In this document: positions 11,078 through 20,973 of the stretch, in pieces
How positions within the stretch are numbered: position 1 is the first letter of the stretch
How the letters are laid out: the number at the start of each line of letters is the position of its first letter
DNA from: Candidatus Xenobia bacterium
Lineage (GTDB): Bacteria > Vulcanimicrobiota > Xenobia > Xenobiales > QWHO01
DNA length: 64,000 nucleotides
Assembly: GCA_045863235.1 (NCBI GenBank)
Contig: BTUM01000011.1
Location: 1-64,000 of the forward strand
Direction: 5' to 3'
Translations under genes and position numbers: made by a program
Notes under the pieces: model-generated
Seen by the model: the letters and a program-made list of their open reading frames with translations, nothing else
Told to the model about the DNA's origin: nothing
The model's database searches: none

Positions 11078-13972
11078 TTAGCTTTGGCCTTCGCAGTTTG
11101 CCTGCCATACTGCCCGCGCCTCGCCCACGACCCGCAGGCCCATTGTCCGAGCCCAGAGAGCATCGAGCGACTCGGCCGAGCGCGGTAGCGCAAAACCGCG
11201 GTCCAGCTCCGACCGCGGAACGCGCTGACCAGGATGGGACGCCACGGGCTCGAGGCGAAGACGCGCGCCCAGTTGGGTGCGAAACCGAAAATACCCCAGC
11301 AGCACCTGCTCCAGGTTGTCCAGGGCAGGTCCCAGGCTCTCGGCGAGATCGGACAGACAACGCTTCTTCAGGCGCTCCTCCTCTTGGTCGATGTCGGCGC
11401 AGAGACGTTCAAAACGTGACACTTTGCCAACCCAATCCTCGCTTGCCGCTTGAGGTGAAGCTTCCGGATCCTGCAGCAATTTGCGCACGTCCGGCAGCAG
11501 GTTCAGCATCTGTCCGAACTCTTGCTCGATGGTTCCCGTGAGATCGGCTCGGGCACGAAGAGCCGCTTGCAGACATTTCATGATCTCGAGTCGACCAGAC
11601 TCCTTCAGCGAAGTGTCCGACAACTCCAAGAATGCCCCCTCGAAGAATTCCAACCACTTCTCGTCATCGGCGCTCTCGCGAGAGGCGCCTCCTGTCCACT
11701 TGCCCCAGAATTGGCTTATCTCATCGTCTATCGAGATCCCGCTCTGGCCCTGCGCAAGCTGGGCTCGCAGCCGGTCGATCTCCTGAAGGCTGTCGAAATG
11801 AATCGGATCTTCAAGAAACCTCTCCACCCTGTTCCGGACCTGACCGGTGAGAGTCTGCAAATCCTCCAGCCCGTGCCAACTTTCGCTCAACCCGGCGAGC
11901 AGCTCCAGAGCTTCCACGGCCAGCTGTGACTTATGCTCCGAGACGCGTCGGCTCGCCAGCTCGGCACGCCCTTCGAGGGTCGTGGCGGCGGCCTCGAGAC
12001 GCCGCTTGAGTGCATCGCCCGCGAGTGGATTTTCGAGCCGAGCAACCTGCTCTGCCTCCAGCAGCTGCGGGTCCGAGAGCACCTCGATGAGAGCCTCGCG
12101 ATCAAGGTCGGGAATCTCCATGTAGGCATGGGCCAGGGCAGCTCTGTGGGCCCTGTTCACCGAGCCCAGAAGCTGCTTGAGGACGGCCAGCTGCAGACCC
12201 CCCGGCTGAAGGCGAAAGCCACCCTGCGAGGGAATCCAGCCCGCCAACTCTTGCAGGCAATAATCGATCTCCAGGAACGGGCGCAGGAAGTCCGTCAGTC
12301 CTGGATCCTCGTTCTCGAGGCGCGCCCCGATGACGTGCTGAAGAATGCGGACGACGTGCGCCCGCAGGCTCTCGGAGCTGTCTTCCCGGAAGGCGCTGGC
12401 CAGAACCTGAAGCTGCTGAACCCGGTGAGGGGCGCGGTGGGCAGCCAGCTCTTTCTCCAGGAAATCAAGCAGCTGAGCGAGGATCGCGTCGGTCTGCTCG
12501 GGCGGCAGCCGGTCGGCGAGCGCGCTCCACTGCGCGGCGGGCAACTCCTCGAACAAAGAAACCACCGAGGCGGCACCCGCGTGCTCGACAATCCAGGCGA
12601 GCACGTTCCTAATGATGCGGTGGGCATCAGCGATCGCATCGCTGCTGCTGCTCGAGGTGGCTCTGGAGACCTCGTCCCCGAGGAGCCTGACAATCGGTTG
12701 CTTGAGCTCATGGGCCACCTTATCACCAAAGAGCAGACCGGCCAGCTTGCGAGCCTGCAAGTGCCACAGTTGGAGGCGCTCGGACCAGGCCCGCCCCAGG
12801 ACAAGCAGAAGCTCGGGGCCTTGTGGCGCTTCGCGGGTAAGCTCGACGGCCTGGAACAGGGTGCCAGCGACGTCGCTCCACTTGTCTCGGCCCGCCGGAG
12901 GAACACTTTTCTCGAACAGCCGAGTGAGCGCAACTTTTTGGAACTCATTGGAGAACAATGGCAAGAAGCGGAGCCGCGAGCTTGGCGTGCCAAAAGCGCC
13001 CGCCTCCGGTGCGGCAGATTTCGGTCGCGACTTCTTTTTTTTCTTGCCATCCTCCGGTTCGGCCGCAGGCTCGGGCGGTTTGGGGGTCGATGGTCGGGAC
13101 AGGACCTGGTCGAGGAAGAGTTCTCTCAGGCCCTCGAACTCGCGAGGGTAGCGAGACTCGAACCGAGCCGCCAGCTCCAAGAGGCGTGGGGCGCGCCAAG
13201 CGCAGGGAAACTGCGACCGCAACCCCCGGGAGCCTTCCGGGCTCCTCAAGCGGTCTTCGAGGCAACGCCGGATCGAACGGAGCTCGTCGGAGTCCGGCCT
13301 GAGCGAGCCTCCGCGCAGGAAGAGCTGCAGGTCCGAAGGGGTCAAGCAGAGCAGAAAGTCGACCCGGGTCAGGGTGTTGAGCTCGCCCCTCGCCTCGCCC
13401 AAAATCTTTAAAACTCTGACAGAAATCTCTTCCGGGCTCGCCCCGTCGGCTTGCTGGCGATGGAGGTAGGCCTCCCACTCCAGGCTGTCCGGGGTCCCCG
13501 CAGCCCGCAAAAGGGCAACGGCCAGGTCGGAACAGGGGAGCTTGTGCTCCACGCAATACGCAAGAAGGCTCTCGAAGCCCTCGGTTTTCTCCTCCGCGAC
13601 CAGTAGCAGGGTCCGCTCCTGGAGGCCAGGCAGCAAGCTGGAGAAGGCGAGCGGAGCCTTCATCTCCTCGCGCGCAAGAACGTTGAGGGCCGCCGCCAGC
13701 GCTTCCTCCTCTTTCTTCTGCAACTGCTCGAGGGGTACCTGGTTGAGCGCCTGCACTCGCTCTGCGGCTTTGGTCTTGCTGGACTTGAGGCCTCGGAGAA
13801 ACTGAAGCCGCGTGGGCGTGGCACCGGGGGCAGGCTCGGCTTCTTCGACAGACGCCACCGGCTCCTCGGTCTGCACCGGCGCCCCGTCCTGAGTGGTCTG
13901 GCCGCTTTCTTCCCGCCCGTCGTTCAGCATGTGAGCAAAACCGCCTGTCAGAAGTTTTCCTGGGCCCGACAC
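11078..13972 (-). CDS. Large alpha-helical hypothetical protein with C-terminal GrpE-like segment
   Basis: 964-aa L/E/A/R-rich ORF convergent with and abutting the SNF2 stop. The C-terminus LAESLGPALDNLEQVL...LRLEPV...PGQRV...MGLRV...AVWQANC resembles GrpE. Start may be the ATG at 13930. Confidence 0.75.
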   Translation of the reverse strand: MSGPGKLLTGGFAHMLNDGREESGQTTQDGAPVQTEEPVASVEEAEPAPGATPTRLQFLRGLKSSKTKAAERVQALNQVPLEQLQKKEEEALAAALNVLAREEMKAPLAFSSLLPGLQERTLLLVAEEKTEGFESLLAYCVEHKLPCSDLAVALLRAAGTPDSLEWEAYLHRQQADGASPEEISVRVLKILGEARGELNTLTRVDFLLCLTPSDLQLFLRGGSLRPDSDELRSIRRCLEDRLRSPEGSRGLRSQFPCAWRAPRLLELAARFESRYPREFEGLRELFLDQVLSRPSTPKPPEPAAEPEDGKKKKKSRPKSAAPEAGAFGTPSSRLRFLPLFSNEFQKVALTRLFEKSVPPAGRDKWSDVAGTLFQAVELTREAPQGPELLLVLGRAWSERLQLWHLQARKLAGLLFGDKVAHELKQPIVRLLGDEVSRATSSSSSDAIADAHRIIRNVLAWIVEHAGAASVVSLFEELPAAQWSALADRLPPEQTDAILAQLLDFLEKELAAHRAPHRVQQLQVLASAFREDSSESLRAHVVRILQHVIGARLENEDPGLTDFLRPFLEIDYCLQELAGWIPSQGGFRLQPGGLQLAVLKQLLGSVNRAHRAALAHAYMEIPDLDREALIEVLSDPQLLEAEQVARLENPLAGDALKRRLEAAATTLEGRAELASRRVSEHKSQLAVEALELLAGLSESWHGLEDLQTLTGQVRNRVERFLEDPIHFDSLQEIDRLRAQLAQGQSGISIDDEISQFWGKWTGGASRESADDEKWLEFFEGAFLELSDTSLKESGRLEIMKCLQAALRARADLTGTIEQEFGQMLNLLPDVRKLLQDPEASPQAASEDWVGKVSRFERLCADIDQEEERLKKRCLSDLAESLGPALDNLEQVLLGYFRFRTQLGARLRLEPVASHPGQRVPRSELDRGFALPRSAESLDALWARTMGLRVVGEARAVWQANCEGQS

Positions 13973-14109
13973 TTCTTGAAAGCCCCGTTTCAGCCTGCCG
14001 TCCCCGGGAGGCTACACCGGAAGAAAGAATCCGATGTTCTCTGCGCGAGACTCGGCAGGAATTCCCCAAGCGTCACGGCAAACGTTGGAATTCTTCAGAA
14101 TTGCACACA

Positions 14110-17100
14110 ATGAAAGACGGCCGCGAGATGACCCTGGACAGACCCTTGAGCGGCTCTTCAGCTCCACGGAACTGGGAAGATGAACCGCCGCCCTGGCTGC
14201 TGCACATGCGTGCTGGCCTGAGACTCGATGTCCCCCTGGAGCAATTGAGGGAGTGGCTGGCTCAACGTCTGGCACCCTGGCCTGAGGTCCGGGCCCGGCT
14301 TCCGGGCTTCAAGATCCTGGCCAGGCCATCGCTCTCCCTGCAAGCCCTGGAGGACCACGGCGCAAAATTCCGAGCCAAACCGCCGGAAGAGTTCCCGGCC
14401 GCTCTTCTCTGCACGGACGGGAAATGGAGCCTCTTTCTGGCCCAGGGCACCGCGCTCGAGCACCGCAGGCTCTACGCGCGGGCCTGCCTGCACCGGATAC
14501 TCGGCCACCTGGCGGAACAGGATGCATTCGGCCTGTGGCTGACACGGGAGGGAGGCCGACGCTGGGATCTCGAGGTGGCCGACTGCCTGCCCCCCGAGGA
14601 AACCTCCACCGAGACACCCGTCTGCGCGTGGCATGCGCTGAAGTTCCTGGAAGACATCCCTCGGATGAGTGAGCAGGTGCCCTTCGCCCCGGCCCTGCTT
14701 CCGATCGAGCCCTGGCCCCACCAGCGCAAGGTCGCCACCGAGCTGGTCAAGCGCTTCCCGGAGCGGTTCTTGCTCTGCGACGAGGTCGGCCTCGGGAAGA
14801 CGATCGAGACCGGTCTTGCCCTGCGCGAGCTCGTGCACCGGGGCCTGGCCCGGCGCATCCTCCTCCTGGTGCCGCGCAGCGTGCTGCCCCAGTGGCGCGA
14901 GGAGATGCAGGAGAAGTTCAACCTGTTCTTCCAGGAGGTGGACCCCACGCAACCCGATCCCTGGGCGGTCGGCCCCCTCGTGCTGGCCAGCAGCTATCTG
15001 GTGCGCCGAAAGAATCGGATGGAGCAGCTTCTGGCCGCCGGGAACTGGGATCTGGTGGTCGTAGACGAAGCCCACCACGCCCGCGGCGGCTCGACACCGA
15101 ATCGTCTCCTGGAGCTCCTGCGCCGGCTGCATCGCCTGACCCGGGGACTCTGGCTGCTCACGGCAACTCCCCTGCAGATCGAGATGCGAGAGGTTTTCGA
15201 TCTGCTTGCGCTGCTCGGAATTCGTGGCGCTTTCGCCCAGGAAGAGTCGTTCCTGGGCTATTTCGAGCAACTATCCGAAGGGTTGTCCGTGGATACCCTG
15301 CAGAATCAGCACGCCTGTCTCGAGGCCTACGAGGAGCACTACATCAAGCTGAAGGAGGACCCGATGGCGGACCGGTACTGGTCGCGTCGCCATGGCCAAC
15401 CGAAGCTGCCTCTCGGAGTACGCAACCAGGTCCTCACTCCCACGGCCCAGGGTTACGACAGGCTCACTCCCGAGGAACGGGCCACCCTGCGGGATATCCT
15501 GCTGCGGCGGACGCCCCTGCACTACCAGATGTTCCGCAACACGCGTGACGTCCTCCGTCGTTACTATGAAAGGGGCCTGATACGTCAGCCGGTGCCCGTG
15601 CGCAGGGTTCATCCCACTCCCATTACGCTCACTTCCGAGGAGCGCCGACTCTACGACCGGATCGAGGAGCACCTGGCCTACCTGGATCAAGCTGCCGCCG
15701 AGCTGGGAGCCTCGGCCACGGAGCGCTCGCGGTTGACGTTCCTGCTCGACGTCTATCGCCGGCGACTGACCAGCAGCCTGCGCGGCATCCGGCTCAGCCT
15801 CGAGCGAAGGGCGAAGCGCCTTACCGAGTTCCTTCGGAGCCGCCAGTGGACCGAGGAGGAAGACTTCGAGCTCGAGATCGAGCTCGATGAGGAGCCGGGA
15901 GCCCCTTCCGAGAGTCTGGCCCGGCTCGAGCTGCACTCCTTGCGGGAGTTTCTCGACGACGTCCGGGGCCTGCGAGCGGACAGTAAGCTGGAAACCCTCC
16001 GGGGGCTGGTGTCCCGGGTCCTCAGCGGCCAGGATCGCGTGCTCATCTTCACCCAGTTCACCGACACGATGGACGCTCTACGCGACGCGCTCAAGCAGAC
16101 TTACCCCGCCGCCGAGCTCGGCTGCTACTCGGGTCGGGGTGGGCAGGTGTACCTCGACGGTTCGTGGGAAGTGGTCGCCAAGGAGACCATCAAGACCCGG
16201 TTCAATCGCCCAAACGATCTTCGCATCCTGATCTGCACGGACGCTGCCAGCGAAGGACTGAACTTTCAGAGCTGCGGAACCCTCATCAACTACGACCTTC
16301 CCTGGAATCCTATGCGCGTGGAGCAACGCATTGGCCGTATCGACCGCATTGGCCAAAGATATCGCGAGCTCGACATTCATAACTTCTACTACGCCGACAG
16401 CGTGGAAGCGCGCATCTACGAGCAGTTGGGGGAACGGATCAATCTCTTCCAGGCCGTGGTGGGCCCCCTGCAGCCCATCCTGGCCGCGGTCGAGGACAGC
16501 ATCAAGAAGCTGGCAGCCAGTCGGCCCTCCGAGCGGAACCAGTTGGCGGTCAGCCTGACCCAGGAGCTGGCCTCCAAGGGGGACGAGCTTTCCCGCAAGG
16601 CGCCCCCGATCGACCCGGGTGTGGACGAGGTGGATCTGGAGCCGCTTCCGGCTCCGCCCGACCCGGTCCGCCCGAGGGATCTCGAGCGTCTCTTCACGAG
16701 CCTTCCTCGCCTGCGAGAGCGACTGACCCCTTCCGACGAACCGGGCATCTGGCTCTGGAGAGGCCAGACCCGGGTGACCTTTGATCCCGCGGTGGCCGAG
16801 GCGCACCCCGAGGAGATCCATCTCCTGTCCCACGGGGATCCGGTGTTCGACGAGCTGGTCAGCTCCGCTCTCACCTCCCTGGGACCGCCGCCCACCGGGC
16901 TGTGCCGCCTGGAAGCGACCGCCGCGTCCCAAAAGCGCGGAGAGACCTGGCTCTGGAACGGCCAGGAGTGGAACCCGGTCGTGAGGCTGAGTGAGCTGCT
17001 CGGCGCCCAGCCCGAGGAGCCCTCCGAGTCCTTTCCAGGCTGCGACAAGCTGGCAGCCAGCCTCCAAGGGGAGGTCGCAAGGCGCCAGAGTCAAGAGGAG

Positions 17101-17517
17101 CGATTGCGCCAGACCCTGCGGAACAGCGACCTCGAGCGCGCTGCATGGGCGCTGCGCGAAGGGGTCGTGCTCTCTTTCTGGTTGCAGGCGGGAAGAGATG
17201 AGAGCCAGGCCGAACCCCCGACCGGCAGAATAGGAACATTGCTGCGCTCCCACGCGGGCCTGTTTGCCGGGGACGAAATGAGAGATCTCGTGGGGCTGCT
17301 GGGCGCCAGGGTGCATGAGCTGAGCCTGACAGAAGGGGACTACGCGGCTCAACGGGGAAGCAGTGCGTCCAGCTTGCGCAGCCGTCGCTCCCACTGGGCT
17401 GCATCGACCCGGACCTGGCTCGATCATCTGTCCGAGTTGGCGGTGGGGAGCGAAACCCGGGCCGACACGGTGGAGTGCCGGCGGGTGGCACCAGAAACGG
17501 TGGAGGAGAAACCTTGA
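14110..17517 (+). CDS. SNF2-family helicase of a DUF499/DUF1156 restriction-like system
   Basis: LLCDEVGLGKT, DEAHH, LTATP, DAASEGLNFQ, NYDLPWNP, EQRIGRIDRIGQ. Start uncertain (14101, 14110 or 14128). Confidence 0.92.
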   Translation: MKDGREMTLDRPLSGSSAPRNWEDEPPPWLLHMRAGLRLDVPLEQLREWLAQRLAPWPEVRARLPGFKILARPSLSLQALEDHGAKFRAKPPEEFPAALLCTDGKWSLFLAQGTALEHRRLYARACLHRILGHLAEQDAFGLWLTREGGRRWDLEVADCLPPEETSTETPVCAWHALKFLEDIPRMSEQVPFAPALLPIEPWPHQRKVATELVKRFPERFLLCDEVGLGKTIETGLALRELVHRGLARRILLLVPRSVLPQWREEMQEKFNLFFQEVDPTQPDPWAVGPLVLASSYLVRRKNRMEQLLAAGNWDLVVVDEAHHARGGSTPNRLLELLRRLHRLTRGLWLLTATPLQIEMREVFDLLALLGIRGAFAQEESFLGYFEQLSEGLSVDTLQNQHACLEAYEEHYIKLKEDPMADRYWSRRHGQPKLPLGVRNQVLTPTAQGYDRLTPEERATLRDILLRRTPLHYQMFRNTRDVLRRYYERGLIRQPVPVRRVHPTPITLTSEERRLYDRIEEHLAYLDQAAAELGASATERSRLTFLLDVYRRRLTSSLRGIRLSLERRAKRLTEFLRSRQWTEEEDFELEIELDEEPGAPSESLARLELHSLREFLDDVRGLRADSKLETLRGLVSRVLSGQDRVLIFTQFTDTMDALRDALKQTYPAAELGCYSGRGGQVYLDGSWEVVAKETIKTRFNRPNDLRILICTDAASEGLNFQSCGTLINYDLPWNPMRVEQRIGRIDRIGQRYRELDIHNFYYADSVEARIYEQLGERINLFQAVVGPLQPILAAVEDSIKKLAASRPSERNQLAVSLTQELASKGDELSRKAPPIDPGVDEVDLEPLPAPPDPVRPRDLERLFTSLPRLRERLTPSDEPGIWLWRGQTRVTFDPAVAEAHPEEIHLLSHGDPVFDELVSSALTSLGPPPTGLCRLEATAASQKRGETWLWNGQEWNPVVRLSELLGAQPEEPSESFPGCDKLAASLQGEVARRQSQEERLRQTLRNSDLERAAWALREGVVLSFWLQAGRDESQAEPPTGRIGTLLRSHAGLFAGDEMRDLVGLLGARVHELSLTEGDYAAQRGSSASSLRSRRSHWAASTRTWLDHLSELAVGSETRADTVECRRVAPETVEEKP

Positions 17518-20510
17518 AAACCATCTTCGAGACCTGCCGCCTGCGCAAGGAGATCGAGTCGGGCGAGCTTCCGGAAGATGCCTTTGCCGCGCGCCTCGCG
17601 GACGTCGAGGACGGGAAGGCCCACGAGGTCTATCAGAAGCCGGAAGTCTTCTTTCAACGAACGCATCCCACCGACAGCCTGCGAGAGCTCCTGAGGCTTG
17701 CCCTGGGCCGACTGAGCGGCAAAGACGCCTCGGCCAACCCCGTCCTGCGCTTGGAGACCTCCTTCGGAGGAGGCAAGACGCACAGCCTCATCGCTCTCTA
17801 CCATGCCGTTTCCGGAGCCCCGGCCAAAGTGCTGAAGGGCTTTGTCGACCCCGAGCTGGTTCCAAGGGAAAAGGTCCACGTAGCCACCGTGGTGGGCACC
17901 GAGATGGACCCGGCAGCCGGGCACACCAAGCCCGACGGAGTGGTGTGCATGACGATGTGGGGCGAGATCGCCTATCGCCTGGGTGGAAAGGCCGCTTACG
18001 AGAAGGTCGCCGAGGCCGACCGTCAGGGGCTTGCGCCCGGGAGCCGGGCGCTGGAGCAGATCATGCCGGACGGGCCCTGCCTCATCATGATCGACGAGAT
18101 CGCACGCTATCTTCGCGTGGCCCGTGAGAAAGTCGTCGGGCAGGGCACGCTCGACGGTCAGGTCACGGCCTTCCTGCACAGCCTGTTCGAGCTGGCGGCG
18201 GCTCGCGAGAAACTGGTCGTGGTTTTGACTCTGGCCAGCGTGGACGATGCTTACTCCGACGAGACCGTGGAGCTGCTGAACCGGCTTCGGGAGATGCAGG
18301 CGGTGCTGGCCCGGGTCGAGCGCACCCTACGGCCCGTGGGTCAACAAGACCTGGCTCCGGTGCTGCGGGCTCGCCTGTTCGAGAAGGTGGACGCCGCGGC
18401 CGCCCCCGACATCGCGACCGCCTTCCAGGGTTGGTACAAGACCCTGTTCGAGCGCAACGAGCCCATCCCCGAGGAGTTCACGCGCAGCAGCTACCAGGAG
18501 GCGATGGTCTCCTCTTACCCCTTCCACCCGCACCTCTTGAACGTCCTGGAGAACAAGCTCTCCACCCTCTCCCAGTTTCAGAGAACTCGAGGCGCTCTGC
18601 GCCTGCTGGCGCTCATCCTGCGTCAGCTTTCCAAGACCAAGCCCAAAGACGCCTACCTGGTGATGCCCTACGACCTCGACCTGCGCGTGCCCGAGATCGC
18701 CGCCGATGTGACCTCGCGCCTGGGACTGCGCCTCGAGCCCGCCATCCGGGCCGACATCGTGAGCGACCGGGCCGGAGACCCGGCCCACGCGCAAGCCTAC
18801 GACGAGCCCCTGGTGCGGGAAGGCCATCCGCCCGTCGCCGTCCGAGTGGCCCAGAGCATCTTTCTGCACAGCCTCTCGGAAGGCAACGCCGGGTGCAGCC
18901 GACCCGAGCTGAACCTGGCCGTGCTGGTGCCCAACCTCGACCCGCACCTGGTAGAGAAAGCCGCCAACGACCTGCTCGATCGCGCCTGGCACCTGCACCT
19001 CGACGGGCTCCGGCTGGTGTTCAAGGACACCCCGAACCTGACCAAGGTCATCGCCAGCGAGGTGCAGCACGTGGCCGTGCCCGAGGCCAAGGACAAGCTC
19101 AACAACCGCGTCCGCGACGTCTACCAGGGCGGCCCCTTCAAGCTAGTGCCTTTCCCGAGCTCGGCTGCCGACCTGCCGGACGACTCCGAGCGGCCCAAGC
19201 TGGCGGTCCTTCATTACGACAGCCTGCGCGTGCAGGGCGACGGAGAGGCGCCCGGGCTCTTGAAGGACATGCTGGCCACCCGTGGCCAGGGCGACTTCCG
19301 GAGGTTTGCCAACAACGTGGTCTTCCTGGTGGCTCACGAGGCCGACGTGCCCAAGATCCTCGAGACCGCCCGCCGCTTTCAGGCCATCCGGAACCTGTGC
19401 CAGCCCGAGCGCCTGAGCAATCTGCCCAAGGAGCAGCGCGAGCAACTTGAGAGCCGTCGCAAGGGCACCGAGGCCGAGCTGCGGGTGGCCGTGACCGCCT
19501 GCTACCGTCATCTTTACTTCCAGTCCAGCTCGGGACTCGAGCACGTGACCCTGATGGTCCAGGAGGCGGCCGAGCCGAAGATGGAGCAGCAAGACGTCAT
19601 CCTGGCCGCCCTGCGCGAGCACGGCAAGGTCCTGGCGCAAGACGACCGGCCCCTGGCTGCCAGCTACGTGCGCTCGCGCGTCTGGCCGGGCCAGCAGGAT
19701 GAGCTTGATCTCGAGACCTTCCAGGCCGAGTTCGCCAGCAAGCGGGAGCTGCCGATCGTGCTGGACGCCAAGCTCCTCAAAGCCACCGTGCTCGAGGGAG
19801 TGGAAAAGAAAGTCTGGGGCTACTGGGACGGCAGCCGCGTCTACCTGGGCGAGAAAGTTCCCGAGGTGCAACTGCGGCGCGAGCACAAGCTGGTGACCGT
19901 CGAGCGTGCCGAGGCGCTGCGCCCGCCGGTGCCCACCCCGAACGGCGGAGGCGGCAAGACGGGCGGAGGCGGGAAGAAGTCCGTCGCCTCCGACGGAGGC
20001 GGGACCGGGACGGTAACGGTTCCGGACATCGTTCCGCCCCCGCCCCCGCTGGAATATCGGGCCCAGGGGATTCCGCAGGGTGCCTTTCAGCAGGTGCAGG
20101 ACGAGCTCGAGAGCCACAAGCGGACCAGGATGGAGAGTCTGAAGATGAGCGTGCGCGAGCCCCAGGACATCAGCCGCCTGGCACTGGCCCTGCCCCGCTT
20201 CTCGGGCTTCGACGCCCGCGTCTCTCTCGAGCTCGAGGCCGAGGTCTCCGAGTCGACCACCGAGCTCCGCTACGAAGGGCCCTGGAGCGCCTACCGGGCG
20301 CTGATGAAGAGCTCGGTGGAGAGCCTGATCGACGCGGCCCTGAAGCAGAAGGGCAGCCTTCAAGTGGGGATGACCGTGCAGCTGGACGCGCGCGAGCCCG
20401 TGCTCGTGTCCGAGCAGCAGGGCGGGTTCCAGCAGGCCCGGCTGGCCCTGACCGAGCTGGCCGTCACGTTCGTCTCTCTCGAGGTCCGCGCCCTCGAGAA
20501 GGAGTCCTGA
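17514..20510 (+). CDS. DUF499-family AAA+ ATPase
   Basis: FAARL, FF.RTHPT, LETSFGGGKTHSLIALYH, MIDEI, SYPFHP, FQRTRGALRLL. TTG start overlaps the upstream stop. Confidence 0.9.
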   Translation: MKTIFETCRLRKEIESGELPEDAFAARLADVEDGKAHEVYQKPEVFFQRTHPTDSLRELLRLALGRLSGKDASANPVLRLETSFGGGKTHSLIALYHAVSGAPAKVLKGFVDPELVPREKVHVATVVGTEMDPAAGHTKPDGVVCMTMWGEIAYRLGGKAAYEKVAEADRQGLAPGSRALEQIMPDGPCLIMIDEIARYLRVAREKVVGQGTLDGQVTAFLHSLFELAAAREKLVVVLTLASVDDAYSDETVELLNRLREMQAVLARVERTLRPVGQQDLAPVLRARLFEKVDAAAAPDIATAFQGWYKTLFERNEPIPEEFTRSSYQEAMVSSYPFHPHLLNVLENKLSTLSQFQRTRGALRLLALILRQLSKTKPKDAYLVMPYDLDLRVPEIAADVTSRLGLRLEPAIRADIVSDRAGDPAHAQAYDEPLVREGHPPVAVRVAQSIFLHSLSEGNAGCSRPELNLAVLVPNLDPHLVEKAANDLLDRAWHLHLDGLRLVFKDTPNLTKVIASEVQHVAVPEAKDKLNNRVRDVYQGGPFKLVPFPSSAADLPDDSERPKLAVLHYDSLRVQGDGEAPGLLKDMLATRGQGDFRRFANNVVFLVAHEADVPKILETARRFQAIRNLCQPERLSNLPKEQREQLESRRKGTEAELRVAVTACYRHLYFQSSSGLEHVTLMVQEAAEPKMEQQDVILAALREHGKVLAQDDRPLAASYVRSRVWPGQQDELDLETFQAEFASKRELPIVLDAKLLKATVLEGVEKKVWGYWDGSRVYLGEKVPEVQLRREHKLVTVERAEALRPPVPTPNGGGGKTGGGGKKSVASDGGGTGTVTVPDIVPPPPPLEYRAQGIPQGAFQQVQDELESHKRTRMESLKMSVREPQDISRLALALPRFSGFDARVSLELEAEVSESTTELRYEGPWSAYRALMKSSVESLIDAALKQKGSLQVGMTVQLDAREPVLVSEQQGGFQQARLALTELAVTFVSLEVRALEKES

Positions 20511-20511
20511 G

Positions 20512-20973
20512 GTGCAGGCCTTCAGCCTGAAGATCGAGCCGCAGGGCCAGGAGCTGGCCATGGAGGTCTCAGAGCGGCCCACGCGCGGATCCGAGCCCTC
20601 CCTTTTCGAGGAGCGCCCCCTCCGCGTGGTGGCGAAGCTACATGGCTTTGCCCTCAACGAAGTGCTGGAGGTCGTCCGGGCTTGGCTGCGCAAGCTGGGT
20701 GTCTCTAACTCGCAGCTGCGGCCCCGAGCGCCGAGCGTGCTGGAGGTGGACGAGGAAACCGGGGTCCGGATGGCCCTGTTGTTTCGCGCCGTAAGCCCGC
20801 TCAAGAAGGTCGACCGCATCGAGGCGATCGGCCACGGCATCGCGCGCATGCCGCGCGAAGAGGTTTTGTACTGGTACGGCAAAGTCAGCAACGGGTTCGG
20901 AGAGCAGGCCGTACAGGCTCTGCGCATCCTGCTGGCCGGGGAGCAACGTGCGAAAGGGGCGGGTCACGAATGA
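20512..20973 (+). CDS. Small accessory protein of the DUF499/DUF1156 operon
   Basis: Tightly coupled to both neighbours. Contains MPREEVLYWYGK and ALRILL, in the slot usually held by the small subunit. Confidence 0.7.
   Translation: MQAFSLKIEPQGQELAMEVSERPTRGSEPSLFEERPLRVVAKLHGFALNEVLEVVRAWLRKLGVSNSQLRPRAPSVLEVDEETGVRMALLFRAVSPLKKVDRIEAIGHGIARMPREEVLYWYGKVSNGFGEQAVQALRILLAGEQRAKGAGHE

Noticed and set aside
8027..17517. DISARM or classical BREX call from the SNF2 helicases
   Set aside because: No separate DrmA/DrmB/DrmC set and no PglZ or BrxL recognised.
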